From a virus: 64,000 nt of DNA. The stretch lies in the IMG/VR virus record IMGVR_UViG_3300008954_003312, positions 1 to 64,000 of that record; one strand, given 5' to 3'. The number at the start of each line of letters is the position of its first letter. Within the stretch, counting starts at the first letter, position 1. The notes beneath the pieces are model-generated. The model saw only the letters and a program-made list of their open reading frames with translations. It did not search any database and was not told where the DNA came from. Shown one piece after another: positions 10,314 through 19,750 of this stretch. The position numbers and the translations under genes were made by a program.

Positions 10314-10639
10314 AAATTGAAAAGCCGTGGGGCTATGAAGTCATCTGGGCTCAGACAGAAAGCTATATAGGAAAAATTCTATATATAGAGTCAGGTCACA
10401 GGCTTTCTAAGCAATACCACCAGACAAAAGAAGAGACTGTGTATGTTATCGCTGGAGTCTTGTGCAACTATGACAAAGACGATAATCTAATAAAAATTAA
10501 AAAGGGAGAATCTTTTCATGTCAGACCCCACCAAATTCATAGATTTGGTGCCGGTGAAGGTCCAGTTATATTAGTGGAAGTAAGCACGCCTCAGCTAGAT
10601 GATGTTGTTAGAATTGAAGATGACTATGGCAGGGATTAA
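10310..10639 (+). CDS. cupin protein (mannose-6-phosphate isomerase type II C-terminal-like)
   Basis: KPWGYE, LSKQYHQTKEET, IHRF, EVSTP, DVVRIEDDYGR. Confidence 0.85.
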   Translation: MKIEKPWGYEVIWAQTESYIGKILYIESGHRLSKQYHQTKEETVYVIAGVLCNYDKDDNLIKIKKGESFHVRPHQIHRFGAGEGPVILVEVSTPQLDDVVRIEDDYGRD

Positions 10640-10641
10640 CT

Positions 10642-11553
10642 TTGAAAGTATACATTAACAGAAAGCCAAAGTCTGGACCCTGGGGAGGGGGAAATAAGAC
10701 AGTCTGCATACTTTCTAATATGCTTAAAGAGAGATCTCATGATGTAGTTTTTGATCTTGACGATAGTGTTGATGTTATATTTTGTATGGACCCTAGACCA
10801 AATGACACTGGAATCTGGTATAAAGATATGCTAGACCATAAGAATAGGTTTGGATCAAAAATCATTCAAAGGGTCGGTGACATTGGAACACACAGTAAAC
10901 CTGATTTAACAAATCTTGTTTTTCAAACTTTTCAGTTCTCTGATTTCTTTATTTTTCCAAGTGACTGGGCCCGACGCTCGATGAGTTTTTCAGGATCAAA
11001 CTATGCCATAGTTAAAAATCATTCTAGAAAAGTCTTTCATAGATTTAAAAGTGAATCTGTGCTAGGGGTAGATGAAAAAATGAAGATAGTTACACATCAT
11101 TGGTCAACTAATGATAAAAAAGGCTTTCACTTTTATAAATTTTTAGCTGAGTATTCAATTGAAAATAACATTCAATTTACATTTATAGGAAGAATACCTG
11201 ATAATTTTGATACTTCTTTAATCAACTACATAGAGCCGCAAGATGATGAATCACTATCAAGACTTCTTCCACAGAATCATGTCTATCTGACAGCTTCTAT
11301 TGAAGAAGCTGGAGCTAATCACGTAGTTGAGGCTGTTGCATGTGGCCTTCCGATAGTGTATCACGATCTTGGAGGAAGCATCCCAGAGTATGTTTCTGAG
11401 TACGGAGTTTCATTTAATGATCATAATTCACTCCTTAGTTCAATTGACTCTATGAGAGATAGATTTAATATATTTAAATCAAGAGCATTAGGATACAATG
11501 AGTGTCAAGAAGATGTTATAGAAGTCTACGGAAGCATAATTGAAAATGCATAA
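10642..11553 (+). CDS. GT4-family glycosyltransferase
   Basis: GPWGGGN, NDKKG, EAGANHVVEAVACGLP, GGSIPEYV; TTG start. Confidence 0.85.
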   Translation: MKVYINRKPKSGPWGGGNKTVCILSNMLKERSHDVVFDLDDSVDVIFCMDPRPNDTGIWYKDMLDHKNRFGSKIIQRVGDIGTHSKPDLTNLVFQTFQFSDFFIFPSDWARRSMSFSGSNYAIVKNHSRKVFHRFKSESVLGVDEKMKIVTHHWSTNDKKGFHFYKFLAEYSIENNIQFTFIGRIPDNFDTSLINYIEPQDDESLSRLLPQNHVYLTASIEEAGANHVVEAVACGLPIVYHDLGGSIPEYVSEYGVSFNDHNSLLSSIDSMRDRFNIFKSRALGYNECQEDVIEVYGSIIENA

Positions 11554-12271
11554 GATTAACATAAGCATAGACGATGTCTCTCCCCACCCTAGATCGTCTC
11601 TAGATGTTGTTGAACAGTGTAATAGGATAATTACCTTATTCCCTAGCGTCAAGTTCACCCTGTTTGTCCCTGCAGCTTATTGGAGAACAATGAAGCCCGC
11701 CGTTTCTACAAATTTACCACTTCAGCTTCACATGTTTTCTGATTTTTGTGAATCACTTCGATCAATCCCAAAGAAAAACTTTGAAATAGGATATCATGGA
11801 TTTTATCATGGAATTCCAGGAAAGACAGACAATGATGAGATGCGAAACTTAAGCTATGAAGGATGCTGTAATCTACTAGAAGCTATTTTTGAAGTAGTTA
11901 AAAAGGCCAACTTAGAAGATATTTTTTCTCCAATTCTTAGACCCCCGGCCTGGAGAATGTCTCATGAATCATTTGATGCTTGTCGTGACAAGGGAATAGA
12001 AATTCTTGCTTTGTCACCTGATACTTACAGTGATGGATCACTTGACTATGGAGAAAAAGCTAAAGAGTTTAAAAACGTAGTCTATTACAACGTTTGCCCT
12101 CCTCAAAAAGAGCTTAAGCTATTTCCAAAAACTGAGATTGTCTATCACGCCTGTGACTGGGACAAGAACTATCTTAATGAAAGTAAGACAGATGATCTTA
12201 TTGAATTTTTACAAAAAAATAGAGAAGATATTGAATTTTGCTTTATGAGAGAGATGCTTGATGAAAGATAG
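11546..12271 (+). CDS. polysaccharide deacetylase-like protein (NodB/DUF2334 type)
   Basis: SIDDVSP, FTLFV, EIGYHGFYH, RPPAW motifs. Confidence 0.75.
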   Translation: MHKINISIDDVSPHPRSSLDVVEQCNRIITLFPSVKFTLFVPAAYWRTMKPAVSTNLPLQLHMFSDFCESLRSIPKKNFEIGYHGFYHGIPGKTDNDEMRNLSYEGCCNLLEAIFEVVKKANLEDIFSPILRPPAWRMSHESFDACRDKGIEILALSPDTYSDGSLDYGEKAKEFKNVVYYNVCPPQKELKLFPKTEIVYHACDWDKNYLNESKTDDLIEFLQKNREDIEFCFMREMLDER

Positions 12272-13445
12272 AAAAGAAGAAATACTAAGCTTAATTAAGA
12301 TGATTCATTTTGATAATCAAGAGTCAGGAGATTTACAAAAAGACTGGAATAAGTGGAAAGAATCCAATTCTTCTATTGAGTTTCCAACCATACTGGATCA
12401 CAATATCTTTATGAATAGATTGTCACAATACTTTACAAAAGAAGTAATTAGTGAATTTAATCTACTTGCAGATGAAGATTCTGATTTTTTCAAGGAATTT
12501 ATAAATCTATTTGATTTAATAAAAGAAAAATCTAATATCTCTGACAGAGATGACTTTAATAAGATATTTAATGACTTAAATATAGGTAAAACACTGTCAG
12601 AGATTGAAGATGCCGGAATTTCAAAATGTGAAGGTCTTTTTACTGACGATGAGCTTTCTACTCTTTGTAATTTTCAAGATCAGGTTTTTGAAGGACTAAA
12701 GGGTGAAATTGAACATTCTGGATATATCTCAATGAATCAAATTTCTGAAAATAAATTTCAAATCAGACATGACAAGACACTAAAAAATCATGGATTATCC
12801 CGTCTTCAGTCAAAGTCTATGGGATTTTTTCATCCAGGCTCTGATGTTTTAATTAAAAATGATTATCTTAGAGCAGTTTTTAAATCATATTATAGAAATT
12901 TAGATACAGAGTTTCATAGAGCGACGCTAGAGTGGCTTAATCCTTCTCCGTATAATCACAATGGATGGCATTATGACTTACTACGGAATCAATTAAAAGT
13001 TCAAATATTGCTTGATGATGTAACAATAGATAACGGTCCAATGTTCTATGCGATAGGTTCTCATAGAATTTCAAACTCTCTTGAGAGAGATATTAAACAT
13101 AGCATGTTTAAGAATGGAATAAGCAAGAAGTTTTGTTTATTTGGAAAAATGTGGAAAAATCATGAAGCAACTGTAAATGAATGTCATTCAGGATACCTTT
13201 CAGATGATATAGTTGATAACGTTCCTGAGACTATGACATCTGATCCAATTCAAATTTCTGATTTTACATATGATAAATTTATATGCACAGGAAAAAAGGG
13301 AGATTGTGTATTTTTTGAATCTTCAGGGCTTCATTCAGGAAATATAGCAAGATCTGGAATGAGGAAAGATATAGTTTTAACATGTCCTGACAGGCTTCCT
13401 TTTAAAAATAAGTTTTTAGAATTTATCAATAAAAAAGATTGTTAA
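12261..13445 (+). CDS. 2-oxoglutarate/Fe(II) dioxygenase, phytanoyl-CoA hydroxylase-like
   Basis: GWHYD (HxD), LDDVTIDNGP....GSH, GKKGD..FF..SGLH, distal R. Confidence 0.8.
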   Translation: MKDRKEEILSLIKMIHFDNQESGDLQKDWNKWKESNSSIEFPTILDHNIFMNRLSQYFTKEVISEFNLLADEDSDFFKEFINLFDLIKEKSNISDRDDFNKIFNDLNIGKTLSEIEDAGISKCEGLFTDDELSTLCNFQDQVFEGLKGEIEHSGYISMNQISENKFQIRHDKTLKNHGLSRLQSKSMGFFHPGSDVLIKNDYLRAVFKSYYRNLDTEFHRATLEWLNPSPYNHNGWHYDLLRNQLKVQILLDDVTIDNGPMFYAIGSHRISNSLERDIKHSMFKNGISKKFCLFGKMWKNHEATVNECHSGYLSDDIVDNVPETMTSDPIQISDFTYDKFICTGKKGDCVFFESSGLHSGNIARSGMRKDIVLTCPDRLPFKNKFLEFINKKDC

Positions 13446-13446
13446 A

Positions 13447-14085
13447 ATGGGAAAATCAGATCCCTATGTGTATAGAGCATATCTAGATACACTTGATGAT
13501 CAAAAAGAATATGAATCTATAGGATTCTATGGATTTTCTAAAAGTAACCAGTTCACAGACTGGTTTGTTTCAGATGATAAGAATTTTTATGATTTATCTC
13601 TTGGAAACTGGAATATAAACGAATATCCATATGATAATAGTAAGAAATTCGATCTTATAGTCTGTACTAGGTGCGCATATTTTTCTAAGAATCCTGAAAA
13701 AATGATGTCAAACTTTCACAATCTTTTAAAAGATAACGGTGAGATACTAATTGACTGGGGTCTTGGTGATCATTGGAGATATGATAACTATAAGATCGGC
13801 TGGAAGAAGAATGGTGAGCATGAATCTTTTTATAGTAGTGATAACTATCTTTGGTCATGCTTATGGAATGACGATCTTTCCTTTCATCCAGAGTTTAAAG
13901 TATTTGAGAAATGGGTTGAAAAACTTGGATATCCAGATGTTAAGATGGCAATAAGACAAGAGGTTCCTGTTTTGATGGATTTCAATGTGATTTCATCTTT
14001 GCTTGACAGTCCAAGGATAAGCATGCTGGCTTTATGGGAATCAAGCCCACAGCTCTACATAATATTATTTGGAAAGAAGAAATGA
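13447..14085 (+). CDS. SAM-dependent methyltransferase-like protein
   Basis: KFDLIVCTR...F...P....LLKDNGEILID; motif I is degenerate. Confidence 0.6.
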   Translation: MGKSDPYVYRAYLDTLDDQKEYESIGFYGFSKSNQFTDWFVSDDKNFYDLSLGNWNINEYPYDNSKKFDLIVCTRCAYFSKNPEKMMSNFHNLLKDNGEILIDWGLGDHWRYDNYKIGWKKNGEHESFYSSDNYLWSCLWNDDLSFHPEFKVFEKWVEKLGYPDVKMAIRQEVPVLMDFNVISSLLDSPRISMLALWESSPQLYIILFGKKK

Positions 14086-15134
14086 ACATAGCTTTTATTT
14101 GTGAGGGAATGACAGATTTAAGGTATTTTTTACCCTTATATTCTGGACTAAACAGGCATAAGAGCGGAATAAATTTTTATCTTTATTATACTTCAAGTGG
14201 AAAATATAACTCTGTAGACTTAAATTTTAAAAGATTTCTATCGATACTTGAATCAGCTGATTTTTCAGATATTAAGATTTCTCATGCAGAAAATATAGAT
14301 TCATCAATGTTTTTTGATATCTTATTTACCATTGAAAATATTTCTGATTTTAATATAAAGCCCGGTAAGCAAAATAAAAAATCTATTAAAAGTTCATTCA
14401 ACTATGAAAAAAGATTTTGTATTCAGCATGGATTAGATTATTTTAATTTTGCATCAGAGTCTAGTGACTATATTGTTACTGATAAGTGCTATCAAGATGA
14501 TCTCAAGAATAGATTTAATTCTAGCTCTATAGTGTCTAAAGTCCCAGTTTCATTTTGGAATATAGATGATCAAATAAATCTAATTCCTAAAATATTTAAA
14601 GACTATATGGATAAAAAATCAGCTTTTATATTTTATCCTGAAAACGGGTATCATAAAGAGGTTCTGGGTATTGTTAATTTTTTAATTAACAAAGACTATA
14701 ACATTGTAATAAAGCAAAGAAGAAAAAATCAAGGGATTCCAAGGCCTTATTATGATCATTCTAATATTTCTGTTTTCTTTGATGATATGTGGTATCCTAG
14801 TGAAGCTGTGGTTCTTCCAGCAATTTCTACATTTGCGATGGGATTTGGAACTTCAGCCTATTTTGATCTTATTCCTGTCGGAATACCCTATATCGACTTT
14901 GCTCTTCCTGAATATTCAAAGAATATTCAAAAATACAATGGTGATGAATCAATTCCAATAAATAGAAGAGGATATGTTAAGCCTAGTTCTAAGATATTTT
15001 CTTATATAGAAGAATATACAGAAGATTGTTTTTCTGAAATTGAGAGAATTGAGAAAGATTCTCCTGATAGGAGTTTTAAAGATTTTAATCAATATGTTGA
15101 TAAATTCTTAAAAAATTTATTAAAATCTTATTGA
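14082..15134 (+). CDS. hypothetical protein, possibly a GT-B fold transferase/hydrolase
   Basis: Two alternating beta/alpha halves, CIQHG, IVIKQR, TSAYFDLIPVGIP resemble GT-B C-terminal elements; directly upstream of pseB; ATGA overlap at 14082. Confidence 0.4.
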   Translation: MNIAFICEGMTDLRYFLPLYSGLNRHKSGINFYLYYTSSGKYNSVDLNFKRFLSILESADFSDIKISHAENIDSSMFFDILFTIENISDFNIKPGKQNKKSIKSSFNYEKRFCIQHGLDYFNFASESSDYIVTDKCYQDDLKNRFNSSSIVSKVPVSFWNIDDQINLIPKIFKDYMDKKSAFIFYPENGYHKEVLGIVNFLINKDYNIVIKQRRKNQGIPRPYYDHSNISVFFDDMWYPSEAVVLPAISTFAMGFGTSAYFDLIPVGIPYIDFALPEYSKNIQKYNGDESIPINRRGYVKPSSKIFSYIEEYTEDCFSEIERIEKDSPDRSFKDFNQYVDKFLKNLLKSY

Positions 15135-15152
15135 ATACTATCTGAGGAACTA

Positions 15153-16169
15153 ATGTCAAAAAAATCAATTCTTATAACCGGAGGAACCGGGACCTTTGGA
15201 AAGGCTTTTGTAAACTTCTGTCTTGAGTCAGACATTTATGAAAAAATTGTTATCCTTAGCAGAGATGAGTACAAACAGCACAACTTAAAGGGGTATCTTC
15301 ATAATAAAATAGGTGTCAATCAGACTAATAAGAAATTTAGATTCTTTCTAGGCGACATTAGAGATAGAGAAAGACTTGCAGTTGCATTTAAAGGTGTTGA
15401 CTATGTGATTCACGCCGCCGCTCTAAAGCATGTACCTTTTTGTGAATATAATCCAGGTGAAGCAATAAAGACCAATGTCAATGGAACAAAAAATGTTTGT
15501 GATATTGCAATACAGGAAGAGATTGAAAAGGTTGTAGTTCTTTCAACAGATAAGGCAGTTGAACCTATTAACTTCTACGGTTCAACAAAAATGCTTGCAG
15601 AAAAATATTCTATCTTTAGTAACTCTTATAGCAAGACTGATGGAGATTCAAATAAAAAGACTAAGATTTCTTGTGTTAGATACGGTAACGTTATAGGATC
15701 AAGAGGTAGCATAGTAGAGGTCTTTAATAGCATGATTTCACAATCTCACTTTAAGATTACAGATGACAAGATGACAAGATTTTGGATGGATATTAAGGAT
15801 TGTGTTGAAATGGTCCAGTGGTCAATTGACAACATGGTAGGCGGAGAGATTGTTGTTCCTAAGATCAAGGCTTCAAGGGTGGTAGATATAGCAAAGTGTG
15901 TTGACCCTAGAAAGCCTATTGAGATTATTGGAATTAGACCTGGAGAAAAGATTCACGAACAGCTTTTAAATAGAAGGGAAAGTGAGAGAGCATTCGGTGT
16001 AGGAAGATACTTTATAATCACACCTGAAAGCTCAGAGTGGATGAATATAAATGACTACTATTCCACTCATTTTAAACCAATAGATCGAGAGAGGTATTTT
16101 TCAGATGATGAAGATATTCAAATGGAAATTGCAGAAATTAAAGAAATTATTAAGTCACATTCATCCTAA
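15153..16169 (+). CDS. pseB: UDP-N-acetylglucosamine 4,6-dehydratase (inverting), PseB/FlaA1 family
   Basis: TGGTGTFG, SRDEYKQ, GDIRD, HAAALKHVP.CEYNP.EAIKTN, LSTDKAV.P.N.YG.TK, RYGNVIGSRGS, MTRFW, GIRPGEKIHE. Confidence 0.92.
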   Translation: MSKKSILITGGTGTFGKAFVNFCLESDIYEKIVILSRDEYKQHNLKGYLHNKIGVNQTNKKFRFFLGDIRDRERLAVAFKGVDYVIHAAALKHVPFCEYNPGEAIKTNVNGTKNVCDIAIQEEIEKVVVLSTDKAVEPINFYGSTKMLAEKYSIFSNSYSKTDGDSNKKTKISCVRYGNVIGSRGSIVEVFNSMISQSHFKITDDKMTRFWMDIKDCVEMVQWSIDNMVGGEIVVPKIKASRVVDIAKCVDPRKPIEIIGIRPGEKIHEQLLNRRESERAFGVGRYFIITPESSEWMNINDYYSTHFKPIDRERYFSDDEDIQMEIAEIKEIIKSHSS

Positions 16170-17223
16170 AAAAGATAGCCATGAAGAGAGATCTTCTGAT
16201 GTTTTTCACTGTTTTGAAGATATAAAGAATGATAACTGGAGAAAGTGGGAATCTCAGCACTCTAAAGAGTATAAGAACTATAGAAAAGAGTGGGTTAAGT
16301 ATCCAAAAGAGCTTAAAGTTGCTGACAGCCCTCTCCACCTAGATATTGAAGTTTCAAGTCATTGCAATCTAAAGTGCCCATTTTGCTCAAGAACACAGAG
16401 AATAGAAAAAGGGACATGGAGAAAGCCTGGAAATATTGATTTTGAACTTTATAAAAAAATCGTAGATGATATGTCAAAAAATGGGGTCTATGCTTTAAAT
16501 TTAAATGTTATAGGTGAACCCCTTCTTCATAAGAATCTTGGAGAGATGGTTGCGTATGCTAAGTTAAAAGGAATCATTGATATATTCTTTCACACAAACG
16601 GTGTCCTATTAAATGAGAAAAGATCAAGAGACCTAATCTCTTCAGGTCTTGATAAGCTTATTATATCATTTGACTCTCCTTATAAGGAAAAATATGAAAA
16701 AGTTAGAACGGGCGCTAAGTATGAACAGGTCCTTGAAAACGTAAAGAGGTTTAAAGATATCCGAGAGGAGATGGGTTCTATTACGCCTGTCACAAGAATA
16801 AACTTTATAAAGCTTCCGGGTGTAACAGAGAAAGAGATAAGGGATATGGTAGATCTTTTTTCTCCCATAGTTGACTCAATAGGTCTTCTTGATTACATTG
16901 AGTCTGACAATAGCATCAGACAGACTGGAAGATTTAAAAAAGGGTATAAGTCTAATTTTGTCTGCTCTCAGCTCCTTACTAGGCTGACAGTTTATGATGA
17001 TGGAAGAGTTTTTCCGTGCTGCAGTGATTATGATGATGAGCTACCTCTAGGTGATATAAACAATCAGACATTACAAGAAATATGGAATTCTGATGAGCTT
17101 AATCATATTAGAAAAAAGCATTTTGAAGGTAAGTTTTATGAGCTTTCAGCTTGCGCTAAGTGTGATTATGCACTACAGGCAGATGGTGAGTTTAAAGATA
17201 GAAAGACTGCTGATGAGTATTGA
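16105..17223 (+). CDS. radical SAM enzyme with SPASM/twitch domain
   Basis: CNLKCPFC (CxxxCxxC), GEPLL, TNG, C..., DGRVFPCC.D, EIWNS, CAKC; start uncertain (65-nt overlap with pseB). Confidence 0.9.
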   Translation: MMKIFKWKLQKLKKLLSHIHPKKDSHEERSSDVFHCFEDIKNDNWRKWESQHSKEYKNYRKEWVKYPKELKVADSPLHLDIEVSSHCNLKCPFCSRTQRIEKGTWRKPGNIDFELYKKIVDDMSKNGVYALNLNVIGEPLLHKNLGEMVAYAKLKGIIDIFFHTNGVLLNEKRSRDLISSGLDKLIISFDSPYKEKYEKVRTGAKYEQVLENVKRFKDIREEMGSITPVTRINFIKLPGVTEKEIRDMVDLFSPIVDSIGLLDYIESDNSIRQTGRFKKGYKSNFVCSQLLTRLTVYDDGRVFPCCSDYDDELPLGDINNQTLQEIWNSDELNHIRKKHFEGKFYELSACAKCDYALQADGEFKDRKTADEY

Positions 17224-17229
17224 TTTAAA

Positions 17230-18240
17230 ATGTCTCTAGACTATCTTAATTTAGAGATACCAGAAAATTTTAATGAGTATTGTCTTATTTTTAAAAATAA
17301 TCATAGTAAGATTTATGCTAATTTAATGCCTAAGTGCGGTACAATGTATGTTAGACAGGCAATGTATAATTCAGGAATCTGGAAAACAAATCACCTTCAA
17401 CCGGGAACAGATTCATTTTTAGTAAGGAAAAATAATCATCCAGGTGTCTCAATCTTATTATCTCAGGAGCAAGAAGACTTTGCCAACAAGTCAGAGATGA
17501 GAGTTGATCAGATTAAGGGGCTAATAGATAAAGGACATCTTTGCCCGACTGAAGGTCCGATTCTAAGGGGAGATCACTATATATGCTCTGACTTAAACGG
17601 ACCTTCTTCAGTTATATCTGATAGTGGTGTTGCAAGAGCCTGGAATAGAGATCAAACTAAAATATTTAAAAAAAGACTATTTTGGTTTTCTGTTTTAAGA
17701 AATCCATTTAATTTACTTGTAACTTACTTTACCTTTGGATGGCCGTGGAATAGAAATAGTAATCAAAAAATATTTAGTAGTTTTGATTATTTTATTGAAT
17801 CATATTGTGATCTAGATTATAAATGGCCTGTTGCAAATAATAAGAATTTTTTATTTTTTCCAATATTTGACAACAAGGACACCTGCAGGTGTCCAATTTT
17901 ATTTAGACTAGAGTTTATAGATTTTTGTCTGGAGGCTCTTTCTTTACAGTTTGGTTATAAATTTATAAAACCAGAATTGACTAAATCTTCTAGACCGCCT
18001 GGGTCTAGTATAGACAAGTGGAAGTCGTACTATAGTGAAAAGCTTTTTGATCTTGTTTCTAAAAAATGCAAAAGAGAACTATTGGCATTTGGATATGATT
18101 TTGACGGAATCAAAAAAAATGATAAGAGAAAGATTATTGACTCTTCAAATATAAAATACAGTATTAAAGAAGATAAATTATCTATATTGCCCTATAGAAG
18201 GGAATTAATCTTTAAATCACTGGAGGGATTTCATGAGTAA
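17230..18240 (+). CDS. sulfotransferase-like protein (HNK-1/Sulfotransfer_2 type)
   Basis: MPKCGT (5'-PSB loop), FSVLRNPF..LV(T/S) (3'-PB), FRLE, W.SYYS....LV......EL..FGY. Confidence 0.7.
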   Translation: MSLDYLNLEIPENFNEYCLIFKNNHSKIYANLMPKCGTMYVRQAMYNSGIWKTNHLQPGTDSFLVRKNNHPGVSILLSQEQEDFANKSEMRVDQIKGLIDKGHLCPTEGPILRGDHYICSDLNGPSSVISDSGVARAWNRDQTKIFKKRLFWFSVLRNPFNLLVTYFTFGWPWNRNSNQKIFSSFDYFIESYCDLDYKWPVANNKNFLFFPIFDNKDTCRCPILFRLEFIDFCLEALSLQFGYKFIKPELTKSSRPPGSSIDKWKSYYSEKLFDLVSKKCKRELLAFGYDFDGIKKNDKRKIIDSSNIKYSIKEDKLSILPYRRELIFKSLEGFHE

Positions 18241-18937
18241 GATTTTTTGTGTTATACAGGCTCGATTGACTTCGAAAAGATTTCCAAATAAAATATTTCA
18301 AAAAATAGGAAAAAGATTAGCCATAGAGCATGTTCTTAGTTCTTGTAAAGATTCTATTTCAGAAAAGGTTCTACTTGTAGTTCCAAAAGATCAAAAAGAA
18401 ATATTTGAAAACCAGCTAAGTTCAATCTATAATAGTAAAAAGATTTCTATACACGGGGGATCTGAAGACAATGTTTTAGACAGGTATCAGACAAGCCTAG
18501 AAGAAGAAGGCTGTCAAGAAGAAGATATAGTTGTTAGAATAACATCAGATTGCTTTTTAATAAGCCCTATCTTTATTGATAGATCAGTAAGCTATTTTAA
18601 AGAAAAGACTTTCGACTATATTAACAATAGCACGGTTACAAGAGTTTTATCTGCAGACAATCCCGATGATTATCAGACTGATACAGACACGCCGGATGGA
18701 TTTAATGTAGAAGTTTTTAACTTTAGATCTCTAATCGAAGCTCACAATAATGCTACCAGCCAATACGATATTGAGCATGTCACACCCTGGATTAAGAGAA
18801 ATAAGAAGTGTAGTGTCTTTAATACTGGAAAGATATCATTAACTGGGAAGTTTTCTGTTGATACTCCAGAAGATCTTGAAATAGTCAGGGCTCTCCACAC
18901 TCTCATAGAGAACAATAGAATATCTTTTGAGGTATAG
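18233..18937 (+). CDS. SpsF/PseF-like cytidylyltransferase (CMP-nonulosonate synthetase family)
   Basis: IQARLTSKRFPNK, GSEDNVLDRY, VRITSDC, PDG..VEV, EHVTPWI, SVDTPEDL. Confidence 0.88.
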   Translation: MSKIFCVIQARLTSKRFPNKIFQKIGKRLAIEHVLSSCKDSISEKVLLVVPKDQKEIFENQLSSIYNSKKISIHGGSEDNVLDRYQTSLEEEGCQEEDIVVRITSDCFLISPIFIDRSVSYFKEKTFDYINNSTVTRVLSADNPDDYQTDTDTPDGFNVEVFNFRSLIEAHNNATSQYDIEHVTPWIKRNKKCSVFNTGKISLTGKFSVDTPEDLEIVRALHTLIENNRISFEV

Positions 18938-18938
18938 C

Positions 18939-19748
18939 GTGAGATTTTGCATTGTTGGATACGGAAGCATAGGAAGGCGACATCACTCAGTACTTTCTTC
19001 TATTTTTTCTAATTCCTCTTTTGATATAGTTGATTTAAACACAGAGCTAAAAATAGAAGATTGTATCCATAGTGAGTATGATGTTTTAATAATTACAACT
19101 CCCACTTCTTCTCACCTGGATGTTCTTTCTAGATTTTCTAAAATCAATAGATTAATCTTTATTGAAAAGCCTTTAGATATTTCATCTAAAAAAATTAAAA
19201 AATTTATGGGAGATGTTGATCACAGAAAAGTTCATGTTGGATGTAACCTTAGATTTACTAATGCTTACAGAGATCTTCAAGACATATCACATAGAGTAAA
19301 AATCGCTAATATTATATCAATGTCGTATCTGCCAGATTGGAGAAAGGGAGATCACAGAGAGCAATATAGCTCTATAGTATCGCAGGGCGGCGGTGCTCTT
19401 TTGGATTTTATTCATGAGCCTGATTATGCTTTCTCTTTATTTGGGATGCCTAGTTCTTGTCATGTGTTAGAAAATAGGCTATTTGATATAACAGTTGACT
19501 CTAATGACACTTGCTCTATGGTCTGGGAATACAATGATAAAATTATTAATTTTTTACTTTCTTATGGAAGTAAAAAATACACTAGAAGTTGCCAGGTCGT
19601 ATTAGACGACAGTGAATTGACTAGTATCAATTTTTCTTTAGAAGATATTAATAAATCCTATGAAAATCAGTGGAGGCATATTTTAAAAAACGGTCCTGTA
19701 AATACATACGAAGACTGTTTAAGATTATATCATAAAATAGGATTATAG
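18939..19748 (+). CDS. Gfo/Idh/MocA-family oxidoreductase (PtmF-like)
   Basis: VGYGSIGRRH, TPT..H, IEKP, VGCNLRF, SYLPDWR, GGGALLD.IHE.D; GTG start after GAGGT. Confidence 0.85.
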   Translation: MRFCIVGYGSIGRRHHSVLSSIFSNSSFDIVDLNTELKIEDCIHSEYDVLIITTPTSSHLDVLSRFSKINRLIFIEKPLDISSKKIKKFMGDVDHRKVHVGCNLRFTNAYRDLQDISHRVKIANIISMSYLPDWRKGDHREQYSSIVSQGGGALLDFIHEPDYAFSLFGMPSSCHVLENRLFDITVDSNDTCSMVWEYNDKIINFLLSYGSKKYTRSCQVVLDDSELTSINFSLEDINKSYENQWRHILKNGPVNTYEDCLRLYHKIGL

Positions 19749-19750
19749 AT

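Noticed and set aside
12261-13445. TET/JBP DNA-base dioxygenase
   Set aside because: Motifs (WHxD, NGP....GSH, G..GD..FF....H) match the PhyH-like class rather than TET/JBP.
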